Source of the DNA: an uncultured delta proteobacterium
Lineage (GTDB): Bacteria; Myxococcota_A; Polyangia; Polyangiales; Polyangiaceae
Direction of reading: 5' to 3'
Assembly (NCBI GenBank): GCA_963850305.1
Contig: CAWKKR010000008.1
Location: 1,888,001 to 1,952,000, forward strand
Length of the DNA stretch: 64,000 nucleotides
The notes under the pieces are model-generated. The model was not told where the DNA came from. It was given only the letters and a program-made list of their open reading frames with translations, and made no database searches. Positions 29,072 through 40,024 of this stretch are shown here, in pieces (the stretch's first letter is position 1; every line of letters starts with the position of its first letter). The position numbers and the translations under genes were made by a program.

Positions 29072-30448
29072 ATGAAGACTTGGATTTCCATTGGGTCAGC
29101 TTTGGTCGCCGTCGCATTGGGCGGCTGTAAGGGCACGAACGGCGAAAACACGCCGATGCCGACCCTGAGCGCAGAAGCAGTCCCGGCCTCCGCGAGTGCG
29201 GCGCCGGCGCCGGCCGCCGGTCCCAAGGACACCGGGCCAATCAAGATCGGCATCCTCCATTCGCTCTCGGGCACCATGGCGATCAGCGAGACGTCGTTGA
29301 AGGACGTCGCCCTGATGACGATCGAGGAGATCAACAAGAACGGTGGCGTTCTCGGGCGTCAGCTCGAACCCGTCGTCGTGGACCCGGCTTCGAACTGGCC
29401 GCTCTTCGCGGAGAAGGCACGAGAGCTCCTTCAACAAGGTGTGGCCGTCGTGTTCGGTTGCTGGACGAGCGTTTCGAGGAAGAGCGTGCTGCCGGTGTTC
29501 GAAGAGATGAACGGGCTCCTCTTTTACCCCGTCCAGTACGAGGGTGAAGAATCCTCTTACAACGTATTTTACACCGGCGCTGCTCCGAATCAGCAGGCAA
29601 TTCCCGCGGTCGAATATCTGATGAGCAAGGCGGGGGGCGGAGCGAAGCGCTGGGTCCTCCTCGGAACGGATTACGTGTACCCGCGCACGACGAACAAGAT
29701 CCTTCGGTACTTCCTGAAGAGCAAGAACGTCGCCGATGCGGACATAATGGAGAAGTACACCCCGTTCGGGCACAGCGACTATCAAACGATCGTCTCGGAC
29801 ATCAAGAAGTTCGCGGCCGGAACGCCCACTGCCGTCGTGTCGACCATCAACGGTGATTCGAACGTGCCCTTCTACAAGGAGCTGGCGAACCAAGGCCTGA
29901 AGGCCTCCGACATTCCGGTGGTCGCGTTCTCGGTCGGTGAGGAAGAACTTCGCGGCATCGACACGAAGCCGCTCGAAGGACACCTTGCGGCGTGGAACTA
30001 CTTCATGTCGATCAAGAACCCGACGAACGACGCTTTCATCAAGGAATGGAAGGACTACGTGAAGGAGAAGAACCTCCCGGGCGGCGACGCCCGCGTGACG
30101 AACGATCCCATGGAAGCCACGTACATCGGCATGCACATGTGGAAGCAGGCCGTCGACCAGGCAGGCACGACGAACGTCGACGCGGTTCGTCAGGCGGTTG
30201 CCGGGCAGCACTTCAAGGCGCCGGACGGCTTCGACATCGAGATGGACACGAAGAATCATCATCTCCACAAGCCCGTCTATATCGGTGAGATCCGTACGGG
30301 CGGTCAGTTCCAGATCGTGTGGAAGACGGATGGCCCCATCCGGGCCGATCCGTGGAGCCCCTTCGTTCCCGACAGCGCCAAGAAGGTTGCTGATTGGACC
30401 TTCCCGTGGGTGTGTGGCAACTGCACGGAGGCGAAGTACAAGGATTGA
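29072..30448 (+). CDS. urtA: Urea ABC transporter substrate-binding lipoprotein
   Basis: SD AAGGAG before ATG 29072; lipobox ALGGC; IKIGILHSLSGTMAISE, GCWTSVSRKSVLP, LFYPVQYEG, GTDYVYPRTTN, STINGDSN. Confidence 0.95.
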   Translation: MKTWISIGSALVAVALGGCKGTNGENTPMPTLSAEAVPASASAAPAPAAGPKDTGPIKIGILHSLSGTMAISETSLKDVALMTIEEINKNGGVLGRQLEPVVVDPASNWPLFAEKARELLQQGVAVVFGCWTSVSRKSVLPVFEEMNGLLFYPVQYEGEESSYNVFYTGAAPNQQAIPAVEYLMSKAGGGAKRWVLLGTDYVYPRTTNKILRYFLKSKNVADADIMEKYTPFGHSDYQTIVSDIKKFAAGTPTAVVSTINGDSNVPFYKELANQGLKASDIPVVAFSVGEEELRGIDTKPLEGHLAAWNYFMSIKNPTNDAFIKEWKDYVKEKNLPGGDARVTNDPMEATYIGMHMWKQAVDQAGTTNVDAVRQAVAGQHFKAPDGFDIEMDTKNHHLHKPVYIGEIRTGGQFQIVWKTDGPIRADPWSPFVPDSAKKVADWTFPWVCGNCTEAKYKD

Positions 30449-30522
30449 AAAGGGTTGCGGCGCGGGCGGCTCTCTCCTGCGAGACTCGTCCGCGCCGCGC
30501 GTCTGGCGCACGAGGTTTCGTC

Positions 30523-32175
30523 ATGAAACGCGCTTCGTCTCCGACATCGGGTCCCTCGCTCTTCCCGCGCCTGGTTATCGCGCTCCTGGTAGCGTCATGC
30601 CTCACGTTCGTGCCGCGAGGGGCGCATGCGGCGGCCTTCGAGAGCGCGGTGCGCGGCCTCGCGTCACACGACATGGATCAGGTGACGAAGGCTGTCCAGA
30701 TACTGGGCGGGCTCGGAGATCCTCGCGCACTGGTGGTCTTGCAAGCACTCGACTCGGACGAGTTGCGGGTCGCTGCCGACGGCGGAGTGTACATCCAGGA
30801 CGGTTCCACGCTGCGCGATGCGGTAACGGGACACCCCGCGAAGCCGACCGCCGTCGATTCACCCATAGTCGACAACGAGATCCGGCGCGCGCTTGAGCCC
30901 GCTCTGTCCGCGCTCAAGCTCGGTTCACCCGACGTGGCAGTACGACGAGCCGCCGCCGTCGACATCGCAAAGCGCCCGGAAGATGGCCTCGTGCCCATCG
31001 TCAAGAAAGCACTCGCGACCGAGACGGACAAGGAGATCCGGGCGATGCTCGGGCTCTCGCTGGCCCAGGTCGATCTGGAGAGCAAGGATTCGGGGCGTCG
31101 TCTCGCGGCCGTGAAGACGGTGGAAGACGTCGGGGGCGTCCAACTGAAGGGCGAGATCGAAAGGCTCACCGACAAGAATTCCGACGGTAGCTTCGTGGAG
31201 CCGGACCCAGCAGTTCGCGCTGCCGCAATCTCCGCGCTCAAGTCGATCAACCGACGGATCATGATGATCAGCGCCGTTGCCGACCTGTTCTACGGGCTCA
31301 GCCTTGGCAGCGTGCTCCTCCTTGCGGCGCTCGGCCTCGCGATCACGTTCGGGCTGATGGGCGTGATCAACATGGCTCACGGAGAGATGTTGATGATCGG
31401 CGCGTATACGACCTACGTCGTTCAGAATCTCTTCATCAAGTACTCGCCTGCGCTCCTGAACTGGTATCTCGTGCTCGCCATTCCGGCGGCGTTCGTCGTG
31501 TGTCTCGTCGTGGGAATGGTGCTCGAGCGAGGGGTCATTCGCTTCCTCTATGGGCGCCCGCTCGAGACGCTGCTCGCGACGTGGGGCATCAGTCTCGTTC
31601 TGATTCAGACCGTTCGAGTCCTCTTCGGAGCTCAGAACGTCACCGTCGCAAACCCGGATTGGTTGTCCGGAGGGTGGGAACTGCTCCCGAATGTCGTGCT
31701 GCCTTACAGTCGGATCGCCGTCATCGGTTTCGCCGTGCTCGTCGTCACGTTCGTTTCACTTCTCTTGACCCGAACTCGGCTCGGTCTCGACGTCCGCGCG
31801 GTCACTCAGAATCGTGAGATGGCCGCCGCAATGGGGATCCCAACCCGTCGAGTGGACACCTGGACGTTCGGTCTCGGTTCAGCGGTCGCCGGACTCGGGG
31901 GCGTCGCCCTGTCCCAGCTCGGCAACGTCGGACCCGAACTCGGCCAGTCCTACATCATCGACTCGTTCATGGTGGTGGTGCTCGGCGGCGTCGGGAAGCT
32001 CGCGGGTACCATCATCGGCTCGTTCGGCCTGGGTCTCATCAACAAGTTCCTCGAACCTTTTGCGGGAGCCGTTCTCGGCAAGATACTGGTTCTCGTCTTC
32101 GTCGTCCTCGTCATCCAGAAAAGGCCGCAAGGCATCTTCGCGCTCAAAGGGCGTGCTGCAGCGGAGTCCGGATGA
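30523..32175 (+). CDS. urtB: Urea ABC transporter permease with N-terminal HEAT-like periplasmic domain
   Basis: GLAITFGLMGVINMAHGEM, LYGRPLETLLATWG, YIIDSFMVVVLGG, QKRPQGIF. Confidence 0.95.
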   Translation: MKRASSPTSGPSLFPRLVIALLVASCLTFVPRGAHAAAFESAVRGLASHDMDQVTKAVQILGGLGDPRALVVLQALDSDELRVAADGGVYIQDGSTLRDAVTGHPAKPTAVDSPIVDNEIRRALEPALSALKLGSPDVAVRRAAAVDIAKRPEDGLVPIVKKALATETDKEIRAMLGLSLAQVDLESKDSGRRLAAVKTVEDVGGVQLKGEIERLTDKNSDGSFVEPDPAVRAAAISALKSINRRIMMISAVADLFYGLSLGSVLLLAALGLAITFGLMGVINMAHGEMLMIGAYTTYVVQNLFIKYSPALLNWYLVLAIPAAFVVCLVVGMVLERGVIRFLYGRPLETLLATWGISLVLIQTVRVLFGAQNVTVANPDWLSGGWELLPNVVLPYSRIAVIGFAVLVVTFVSLLLTRTRLGLDVRAVTQNREMAAAMGIPTRRVDTWTFGLGSAVAGLGGVALSQLGNVGPELGQSYIIDSFMVVVLGGVGKLAGTIIGSFGLGLINKFLEPFAGAVLGKILVLVFVVLVIQKRPQGIFALKGRAAAESG

Positions 32176-33281
32176 TTCGTTCCAACAACACCTCGCGCCT
32201 CGCGGAGATGCAGACGCCGCGAGGCTGGTTGGCCATCGCGATCATGGCCCTCGTTCTCGGAGTGGGTGTGCCGATGCTGAATGTCTACCCGGCGAACGGG
32301 TCGTCATTTCAGATCCCGATGTACGTCGTGAGCGTAATGGGGAAATTCGCCTGCTACGCGATCGTCGCCCTGGCGATGGACCTGATCTGGGGCTTCACCG
32401 GGATCCTGAGTCTCGGTCACGGGGTGTTCTTCGCGCTCGGCGGTTACGCGATGGGCATGTACCTCATGCGCGCCATTGCCGGCGAAGGCGTTTACAAGAG
32501 TGCCCTTCCTGATTTCATGGTCTTCCTGGATTGGAAGCAATTGCCCTGGTTCTGGCACGGCTTCGACAATTTCGGGTTCGCGATCGCGATGGCTCTGATC
32601 GTGCCCGGGGTGCTCGCGTTCATCTTCGGGTACTTCGCGTTTCGCTCGAGGATTCGTGGCGTCTATTTCTCGATCATCACCCAGGCGATGACGTACGCGC
32701 TGATGCTCTGGTTCTTTCGAAACGACGCCGGGTTCGGTGGCAACAACGGGCTCACCGATTTCAAACACATCTACGGGTACTCCCTCCTGCTTTCGCAGAC
32801 GAAGATCGGTCTCTACGTCATCTCCGTGGTGACACTCATCCTGGTGTACGTTCTTTGTCGCTACATCGTGACGAGCAAGCTCGGCCGGGTTCTCCGCGCC
32901 GTACGCGATCACGAGGGCAAGGCGAGAATGAGCGGGTACGATCCGCTGCGGTACAAGCTCTTCATCTGGACGCTTTCGGCGGTGCTCTGCGGTCTCGCGG
33001 GCGCTCTTTACGTGCCTCAGGTCGGCATCATCAACCCGAGCGAAATGCAGCCCGCCAACTCGATCGAGATGGCTATCTGGGTTGCGGTCGGCGGTCGTGG
33101 GACACTCGTCGGTGCAGCCGTGGGCGCGGCTCTCGTGAACGCCGCGAAGAGCTGGTTTACCGTGAGCTTTCCGGATATCTGGCTTTATTTTCTGGGCGCA
33201 CTCTTCATCGGCGTGACGCTGCTCTTGCCGGGCGGGGTAGCTAGCCTGTTCGATCGCTTGGTGCGAAAGGAAGGCACGTGA
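32172..33281 (+). CDS. urtC: Urea ABC transporter permease
   Basis: DLIWGFTGILSLGHGVFFALGGY, LPDFMVFLDW, IRGVYFSIITQA, GGNNGLTDF, VAVGGRGTL. Confidence 0.95.
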   Translation: MIRSNNTSRLAEMQTPRGWLAIAIMALVLGVGVPMLNVYPANGSSFQIPMYVVSVMGKFACYAIVALAMDLIWGFTGILSLGHGVFFALGGYAMGMYLMRAIAGEGVYKSALPDFMVFLDWKQLPWFWHGFDNFGFAIAMALIVPGVLAFIFGYFAFRSRIRGVYFSIITQAMTYALMLWFFRNDAGFGGNNGLTDFKHIYGYSLLLSQTKIGLYVISVVTLILVYVLCRYIVTSKLGRVLRAVRDHEGKARMSGYDPLRYKLFIWTLSAVLCGLAGALYVPQVGIINPSEMQPANSIEMAIWVAVGGRGTLVGAAVGAALVNAAKSWFTVSFPDIWLYFLGALFIGVTLLLPGGVASLFDRLVRKEGT

Positions 33282-34201
33282 CCGCAGTTCCCATGACGCG
33301 CGCAGCGGAAACGGAAGAAGCTCTCCCACCGGGGACGGCAGGTTCGGCGGACGCAAGCGTCCCGTCCGGGGTGAAGCCGGTCTCCAGGCGGTGGTCGATT
33401 TCACCAAAACCACGCGAGGTCGACCCGGGTCGGTACCTCGCCGTGACGACGGAACGGCGCCAAGCTCTGCTCTGCGTCGACGGCATCAGCGTGGCCTTCG
33501 ACGGCTTCAAGGCGTTGAACGATCTCTCACTCATTCTGGACGATGGCGAACTTCGCTGCATCATCGGTCCGAACGGTGCCGGGAAGACGACTTTGATGGA
33601 CGTGATCACCGGGAAGACACGTCCCGACAGTGGTGCGGTGTTCCTGGCGGGAAGTCGAGTCGATCTGACGAGCCTTTCGGAACACGAGATCGCCGGGCTC
33701 GGCATCGGCCGGAAGTTCCAGAAGCCGACCGTATTTCATGGGCACACCGTCTTCGAGAACCTCGAGCTGGCGCTCCGGGACGACAAAGGCATCTGGAGGA
33801 GCCTGTTCGCTCGCCTTCGAAGCGAGCAGAAGGATCGCATCGATGAAGTGCTTCGCACGATCGGCCTCACGGAGAGAGCTCATGAACGCGCCGGGCGCTT
33901 GTCACATGGACAGAAGCAATGGCTCGAGATCGGGATGCTCCTTGCGCAGGATCCACGGGTGCTCCTCGTCGATGAACCGGTTGCGGGCATGACGCATCAG
34001 GAAGTGGAGCGCACATCCGAGCTGCTATCATCCCTCGCCGGAAAGCACACCGTCGTGGTCGTCGAGCACGACATGGACTTCGTGCGGAGCATCGCGACGA
34101 ACACCGTCACCGTCCTCCACGAGGGTAGCGTCCTTGCCGAGGGATCCATGGACGCCGTGCAGAACGATCCGAAGGTAATCGAAGTCTATCTGGGAGGGTG
34201 A
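33278..34201 (+). CDS. urtD: Urea ABC transporter ATP-binding protein
   Basis: FDGFKAL, GPNGAGKT, GIGRKFQKP, LSHGQKQWLEIGM, LVDEPVAGM, EHDM; start uncertain. Confidence 0.95.
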   Translation: MTAVPMTRAAETEEALPPGTAGSADASVPSGVKPVSRRWSISPKPREVDPGRYLAVTTERRQALLCVDGISVAFDGFKALNDLSLILDDGELRCIIGPNGAGKTTLMDVITGKTRPDSGAVFLAGSRVDLTSLSEHEIAGLGIGRKFQKPTVFHGHTVFENLELALRDDKGIWRSLFARLRSEQKDRIDEVLRTIGLTERAHERAGRLSHGQKQWLEIGMLLAQDPRVLLVDEPVAGMTHQEVERTSELLSSLAGKHTVVVVEHDMDFVRSIATNTVTVLHEGSVLAEGSMDAVQNDPKVIEVYLGG

Positions 34202-34899
34202 GGGTGCTCGAGATCCGCGGACTCAATCAGTTCTACGGTGAGAGCCACACGCTCTGGGACATCGACCTGGACGTCCCCGAGGGCGCTTGCGTCTGCCTGA
34301 TGGGCAGAAACGGGGTCGGCAAGACGACCCTTCTGAAGGCCATCATGGGGAGCGTCGCCATCCGATCGGGTGCGCTCACGTTCGGCAAAGATCGGATGGA
34401 TGGACGCCCCCCGGAGGCCCGAGCTCGCGCCGGGATCGGCTTCGTCCCCCAGGGGCGCGAAATTTTCGGAGAGCTCACCGTCGAGGAGAACCTGCGAATC
34501 GGCCTCTCTGCGCGGAAAGACCGTGCGAAGGAGATCCCCGAGAGCGTCTACCGGACGTTTCCGGTGCTAAAGCAGATGCTTGGACGTCGCGGCGGGGATC
34601 TGTCGGGTGGGCAACAGCAGCAGCTGGCCATCGGTCGCGCCCTCGCGCTCGGTCCGCGGCTGCTCATCCTGGACGAGCCAACCGAGGGGATTCAGCCGAA
34701 CATCGTGCACGAGATCGGCGATATCCTCTTGAGGTTGAATCGCGAAGAGGGACTCACCATTTTGCTCGTCGAACAGAAGCTACCGTTCGCTCGGCGCGTC
34801 GCCCAGCAGTTTTGCATCCTCGATCGCGGCCGCAAGGTGGCCGACGGCAAGATGACGGAGCTGGACGACGTGCTCATCGCGAAGCACCTCGTCGTTTGA
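34198..34899 (+). CDS. urtE: Urea ABC transporter ATP-binding protein
   Basis: GRNGVGKTT, VPQGREIF, LSGGQQQQLAIGRAL, LDEPTEGIQP. Confidence 0.95.
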   Translation: MRVLEIRGLNQFYGESHTLWDIDLDVPEGACVCLMGRNGVGKTTLLKAIMGSVAIRSGALTFGKDRMDGRPPEARARAGIGFVPQGREIFGELTVEENLRIGLSARKDRAKEIPESVYRTFPVLKQMLGRRGGDLSGGQQQQLAIGRALALGPRLLILDEPTEGIQPNIVHEIGDILLRLNREEGLTILLVEQKLPFARRVAQQFCILDRGRKVADGKMTELDDVLIAKHLVV

Positions 34900-34916
34900 G
34901 TTGCAGCGAACCGAAC

Positions 34917-35781
34917 ATGCTGCTCGACCAGCACACGAGTTCCGCGCGCCTCGTGGCCCGCGGCTGGCCAGGCCGGCTCGTGCTCGGGTTCGATCGGGAA
35001 GCACGACGGACCATTCTACGTCGCAAAAGGCACCAGGGACCTCTTCTGGTGCAACGCCCGTTTTTTCCCGAAGGGGAGTCCGTCGCGCACGTCTACATCC
35101 TGAATCCGCCCGGCGGAATCGTAGGTGGGGACGAGCTGGAGCTCGAGGTGGAAGCGAACCACGGAGCGCATGCGGTGCTCACCACTCCGGCGGCGACGAA
35201 GGTGTACCGCTCGGGGGGGCACCTGGCGCGGTCATCTCAACGCTTCGTCGTCCACGAAGGGGCTGCGCTCGAATGGTTTCCTCAAGAGACGATTCTGTTC
35301 AACGGCGCCGACGTCGCGCTCTCGACCCGGGTCGAGCTTGCGGAGGGGGCGACGTTCATCGGCTGGGAAATCTCGTGCTTCGGACGCCCCGCGGCGTCCC
35401 TCGGGTTCGATGGTGGGCGCGTGCGGCAGCGTTTCGAGCTGTGGAAAGGCGACGAGCCGCTCCTCATCGAGCGCTCCCGCCTCGATGGCGGGACGGCGTT
35501 CCAGCGAGAGCCGTGGGGGTTTGGTGGTCACCCCGTCGTGGGGTCCTTTGTTTGCACCACCGGAGAATCCGGTGGCCCTCGTGCGGGCTCGCGACGCCCT
35601 GCAACAGGCCGCGGGCTCCAGCGGATTCGTCGCAGCCACTCAGCTTCGCGACCTCGTCGTGTGTCGCTATCTCGGCGACAGCGCGGAGGTCGCGAAGAGA
35701 TTGTTCGTCCGAGTGTGGTCTGCTCTGCGCCCGCTGGCCCTCGGTCGTGTGGCATGCTTGCCGCGCGTGTGGGCGACGTGA
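34917..35781 (+). CDS. ureD: Urease accessory protein UreD (apparent +1 frameshift at ~35570)
   Basis: HQGPLLVQRPFFPEG, NPPGGIVGGD, TTPAATKVYRS, EWFPQETI, GWEISCFGRPA. The C-terminus ...VVCRYLG...PRVWAT-stop lies in the +1 frame, ending 35781. Confidence 0.9.
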
Positions 35782-35805
35782 CCTCATGCTCAACCGGAGA
35801 CGCTC

Positions 35806-36108
35806 ATGGAGTTATCACCTCGCGAAAAGGACAAGCTACTCATCTTCACTGCGGGCCTCGTCGCCGAGCGGCGACGCGCCAGAGGAGTCAGGCTCAACTA
35901 CCCCGAAGCCATCGCGTTCATTTCGGCTGCGATTCTGGAGGGTGCCCGTGACGGACGCTCCGTCGCCGACCTGATGAGCTACGGCGCGACGCTCCTCCGG
36001 CGGGACGAGGTCATGGATGGCGTTCCCGAGATGATCCCCGAGGTCCAGGTCGAAGCCACGTTCCCCGATGGCACCAAGCTCGTCACCGTCCACAATCCGA
36101 TTCCCTAG
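35806..36108 (+). CDS. ureA: Urease gamma subunit
   Basis: [11 protein letters not shown]...LNYPEA...[17 protein letters not shown]. Confidence 0.98.
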   Translation: MELSPREKDKLLIFTAGLVAERRRARGVRLNYPEAIAFISAAILEGARDGRSVADLMSYGATLLRRDEVMDGVPEMIPEVQVEATFPDGTKLVTVHNPIP

Positions 36109-36133
36109 CCCCACCTCAGGAGGCGATACACAC

Positions 36134-36451
36134 ATGATTCCCGGAGAGATTCTGGTTGCGGATGGGGAGATCGAGCTGAACGTCGGTCGGCGCAGTGTGA
36201 CCATCTCGGTGGCCAACACCGGTGATAGACCGATCCAGGTGGGTTCCCACTATCATTTCTTCGAGACGAACGCGGCGCTCGACTTCGACCGGAAAGCGGC
36301 GCGAGGTTACAGGTTGGACATTCCCGCCGGGACGGCGGTTCGCTTCGAGCCCGGGCAATCGAGAGAGGTCGTGCTCGTGGAGTACGCGGGTGCGCGGCGA
36401 GTCTACGGATTTCGAGGGCAGATCATGGGGTCGCTCGAGGTGACGAAATGA
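36134..36451 (+). CDS. ureB: Urease beta subunit
   Basis: [46 protein letters not shown]. Confidence 0.98.
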   Translation: MIPGEILVADGEIELNVGRRSVTISVANTGDRPIQVGSHYHFFETNAALDFDRKAARGYRLDIPAGTAVRFEPGQSREVVLVEYAGARRVYGFRGQIMGSLEVTK

Positions 36452-38151
36452 TCCGTATCGGCAGGCGCGCATATGCCGAGATGTACGGTCCGACCGTCGG
36501 CGACAGGGTTCGCCTGGGCGACACGGAGCTCTTCATTCAGGTCGAGCAGGACCGGACGATCCACGGCGAAGAGGTGAAGTTCGGGGGCGGCAAAGTGATC
36601 CGGGACGGAATGGGACAGAGCCAGCGGACGAACGCCGAGTCCGTGGATACCGTCATCACGAACGCCCTCCTGGTCGATCATTGGGGGATCGTGAAGGCGG
36701 ACATCGGGATCCGCGGGGGACGCATCGCGGCAATCGGCAAAGCGGGCAATCCGGACGTCCAACCCGGTGTCGACATCGTAATCGGGCCCGGCACCGAAGT
36801 CATCGCGAGCGAGGGCCTCATCGCGACGGCGGGCGGCATCGATTCGCACATCCACTTCATCTGTCCGCAGCAGATCGAAGATGCGCTGATGTCCGGCGTC
36901 ACGACGATGATCGGAGGCGGCACCGGGCCGGCCGCCGGGACGAGCGCGACGACGTGCACTCCGGGTCCGTGGAACATGCACCGCATGCTCGAAGCGGCCG
37001 ACGCGTTGCCGATGAATCTCGGGTTTCTGGGCAAGGGAAACGCGAGCCTACCGGCCGCACTCGACGAACAGGTCGAAGCCGGGGCCATCGGACTTAAGCT
37101 CCACGAGGACTGGGGGACGACGCCGGCGGCGATCGACACGTGTCTGAGCGTCGCCGAACGCTACGACATCCAGGTGGCGATTCACACCGACACCTTGAAC
37201 GAGTCCGGGTTCGTCGAGGACACGATCGCCGCATTCAAAGGCCGATCGATTCACGCGTACCATACCGAGGGCGCAGGCGGCGGCCACGCGCCGGACATCA
37301 TCAAGGCCTGCGGGATCGACTGCGTGCTCCCGTCGTCGACGAATCCGACGCGGCCGTATACGGTTAATACGGCGGACGAGCATCTGGACATGCTGATGGT
37401 CTGCCACCATCTCGACCCGAGCATCCCGGAAGACGTGGCGTTCGCCGAATCGCGCATTCGCCGCGAGACGATCGCGGCGGAGGACATCCTCCACGATCTC
37501 GGCGCGTTCAGCATGATCTCCTCGGACTCGCAGGCCATGGGTCGGGTCGGAGAGGTGATCACCCGGACCTGGCAGACCGCGCACAAGATGAAAGTGCAGC
37601 GCGGCGCGCTTGCGGCCGACTCCGCACTCCACGACAACTTTCGCGTCAAGCGTTACATCGCCAAGTACACGATCAATCCGGCGCTCGCTCACGGCATGGC
37701 CGCGGAAATCGGTTCACTCGAAGTCGGAAAGCTCGCCGACATTGTCCTCTGGAAGCCGGCATTCTTCGGTGCCAAGCCCGCCATGATCATCAAAGGAGGA
37801 CTCATCGCTGCCGCGCCCATGGGCGACCCCAACGCGTCGATTCCAACGCCTCAGCCCGTCCACTACCGACCGATGTTCGGTGCGCTCGGCGGCGCTCTCG
37901 GAAAGACGAGCGTCACGTTTCTCTCGCAGGCGGCACTGTCGGCCGGTCTCCCCGAGCGCCTGGGTCTCCGGAAAACGCCGACTGCCGTTCGAGGCGTCCG
38001 GCAGATCAAGAAGCAGCACCTGATCCACAACGACTATCTTCCTCGGATGGAGGTGGACCCCGAGACATACGAAGTCCGCGCAGACGGCGCGCTCCTCACC
38101 TGCGAGCCGATGGCCGAGTTGCCGCTCGCGCAGCGATACTTCCTGTTCTGA
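36448..38151 (+). CDS. ureC: Urease alpha (catalytic, di-nickel) subunit
   Basis: [17 protein letters not shown] (carbamylated Lys), [43 protein letters not shown]. Confidence 0.99.
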   Translation: MIRIGRRAYAEMYGPTVGDRVRLGDTELFIQVEQDRTIHGEEVKFGGGKVIRDGMGQSQRTNAESVDTVITNALLVDHWGIVKADIGIRGGRIAAIGKAGNPDVQPGVDIVIGPGTEVIASEGLIATAGGIDSHIHFICPQQIEDALMSGVTTMIGGGTGPAAGTSATTCTPGPWNMHRMLEAADALPMNLGFLGKGNASLPAALDEQVEAGAIGLKLHEDWGTTPAAIDTCLSVAERYDIQVAIHTDTLNESGFVEDTIAAFKGRSIHAYHTEGAGGGHAPDIIKACGIDCVLPSSTNPTRPYTVNTADEHLDMLMVCHHLDPSIPEDVAFAESRIRRETIAAEDILHDLGAFSMISSDSQAMGRVGEVITRTWQTAHKMKVQRGALAADSALHDNFRVKRYIAKYTINPALAHGMAAEIGSLEVGKLADIVLWKPAFFGAKPAMIIKGGLIAAAPMGDPNASIPTPQPVHYRPMFGALGGALGKTSVTFLSQAALSAGLPERLGLRKTPTAVRGVRQIKKQHLIHNDYLPRMEVDPETYEVRADGALLTCEPMAELPLAQRYFLF

Positions 38152-38165
38152 GCTGGAGACGACGG

Positions 38166-38642
38166 ATGCGAGTGCAAACGCGCTACGATGGAAATGCTTC
38201 GCCGACCGAGATCGTCGTGTTGCGCTTCGATGATCGCCGCAAGAGTCGCCTTCGGACGAGATCGACGAGCGGCGTAGAGTTCGTCCTTGCGCTCCCGCGC
38301 GGCGGAGTGCTCCGACATGGCGACCTCCTGGTAGGAGAGGATGGCACGGTCATTCGCATCGAGGCGGCTCTGGAAGAGGTGTCACGCGTAGCATCCGAGG
38401 ATCCATGGTTGCTCGCCCGAGCTGCATATCACCTGGGCAATCGACACATCCCTCTGCAGATCGAGCCCCGTGCGCTCTCGTATCTGCACGACCACGTTCT
38501 GGATCGCCTCGTCGAAGAGCTGGAACTGACCGTCGTCGTCGCGCACGCGCGCTTCGAGCCGGAGGCAGGCGCCTACGGGGGTCACGGACCCGGCCACTCG
38601 CACGAGCACTCGCTCGAGGGTGGAGCACACTCCCATGACTAG
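38166..38642 (+). CDS. ureE: Urease accessory Ni chaperone UreE
   Basis: RKSRLR, LRHGD, AYHLGNRH, DHVL, FEPEAGAY, His-rich tail. Confidence 0.95.
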   Translation: MRVQTRYDGNASPTEIVVLRFDDRRKSRLRTRSTSGVEFVLALPRGGVLRHGDLLVGEDGTVIRIEAALEEVSRVASEDPWLLARAAYHLGNRHIPLQIEPRALSYLHDHVLDRLVEELELTVVVAHARFEPEAGAYGGHGPGHSHEHSLEGGAHSHD

Positions 38643-39315
38643 CCTGCCGGAGCCGGCGCTCCTCCGCCTTCTTCAGCTCGCGAGTCCGACGCTGCCGATC
38701 GGCGCCTTTGCTTACTCACAGGGGCTCGAATCTGCGTTCGAACACCAGTGGATATCGGACGAATCCACTACCGAGCGCTGGATACTGGGGCTTCTCCGCG
38801 GACCGATGGCGACGCTCGATGGACCGGTGTTCGCCCGGCTCCACGCCGCCTGGGCGGCAGACGACACGACCGTGGTGGCGAAGTGGAGTCGTTTTCTGGC
38901 CGCGTCGCGCGAAACTTCGGAAATCCGAGCCAACGAGCACCAACTCGGCGGAGGACTCGCCCGCGTTCTCGCGAGTCTCGGTGTGGCCGACGCAGCCGAG
39001 TGGGCGTTGCGCGACGACAGAACCTACGCGGCGATGTTTGCCCTCGCCGCCGCCCGGTGGGGCGCCCCGGTGCGGCCGTCGATGACCGCGTTTCTCTTCG
39101 CGTGGAGCGAAGGTCAGGTCGGGGCTGCGGCGCGCCTCGGGTCTCTGGGACAGACGGCCAGCCAGCGAATTCTCTCGGAGGGCATCCGTATCATTCCGGC
39201 GCTCGTGACCAAAGCGTTGCTGGCCGAAGACGAGGACATCGGATTTTTCGCGCCCGGTCAGGCGATGATGAGCGCGCTCCACGAAACGCAATACTCGCGA
39301 CTCTTTCGATCCTAG
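38635..39315 (+). CDS. ureF: Urease accessory protein UreF
   Basis: LQLASPTLPIGAFAYSQGLE ... HETQYSRLFRS. Confidence 0.95.
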   Translation: MTSLPEPALLRLLQLASPTLPIGAFAYSQGLESAFEHQWISDESTTERWILGLLRGPMATLDGPVFARLHAAWAADDTTVVAKWSRFLAASRETSEIRANEHQLGGGLARVLASLGVADAAEWALRDDRTYAAMFALAAARWGAPVRPSMTAFLFAWSEGQVGAAARLGSLGQTASQRILSEGIRIIPALVTKALLAEDEDIGFFAPGQAMMSALHETQYSRLFRS

Positions 39316-39324
39316 GAGGCGAAC

Positions 39325-39939
39325 GTGTCAGACAAACAAGCCCTGCGTGTCGGCGTAGGAGGTCCAGTCGGCTCCGGCAAGACGGCGCTCGTGGACGCGC
39401 TGTGCAAGAAGCTGCGCGATCGCCTCGATATCGCGGTGGTCACGAACGACATTTACACGCAAGAGGATGCGCTCTTTTTGAAGCGGAGCGGCGCCCTGGC
39501 CGAGGAGCGCATCGTCGGTGTGGAGACCGGCGGGTGTCCGCACACGGCGATTCGCGAGGACGCCTCGATCAACATCCAGGCCGTGGACGCCTTGTCCGTC
39601 AAATTCCCGAAGCTTGACCTGGTCATCGTCGAAAGCGGGGGGGACAACTTGAGCGCGACGTTCAGTCCGGAACTGTCGGACCTGACCCTTTACGTGATCG
39701 ACGTCGCTGCGGGCGACAAGATCCCGCGGAAGGGTGGACCCGGGATCACCCGGAGCGATCTGCTCATCATCAACAAGATCGATCTCGCGCCGCACGTGGG
39801 GGCCTCACTCGAAGTCATGGACCGCGACGCGCGCAAGATGCGCGGCGAGCGACCGTTCGTGTTCACGAATCTGAAAGATGGTACCGGTGTCGACCACGTG
39901 TGCGACTTCATTCTGCGAGAGGGGCTAGGACACGCGTAG
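39325..39939 (+). CDS. ureG: Urease accessory GTPase UreG
   Basis: [42 protein letters not shown]. Confidence 0.98.
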   Translation: MSDKQALRVGVGGPVGSGKTALVDALCKKLRDRLDIAVVTNDIYTQEDALFLKRSGALAEERIVGVETGGCPHTAIREDASINIQAVDALSVKFPKLDLVIVESGGDNLSATFSPELSDLTLYVIDVAAGDKIPRKGGPGITRSDLLIINKIDLAPHVGASLEVMDRDARKMRGERPFVFTNLKDGTGVDHVCDFILREGLGHA

Positions 39940-39940
39940 C

Positions 39941-39976
39941 GCAGCGGTGGACGTCCCTGCGGAACGTGCCCGCTGC
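39941..39976. terminator. Imperfect GC-rich hairpin between convergent ureG and lolA
   Basis: gcagcggtggacgt...acgtgcccgctgc inverted repeat; no U-tract. Confidence 0.3.
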
Positions 39977-40024
39977 TCCGCAGCCCGCCCCGGCGCCCTC
40001 CTGCCGCCTCGACTCCTGCGACCC

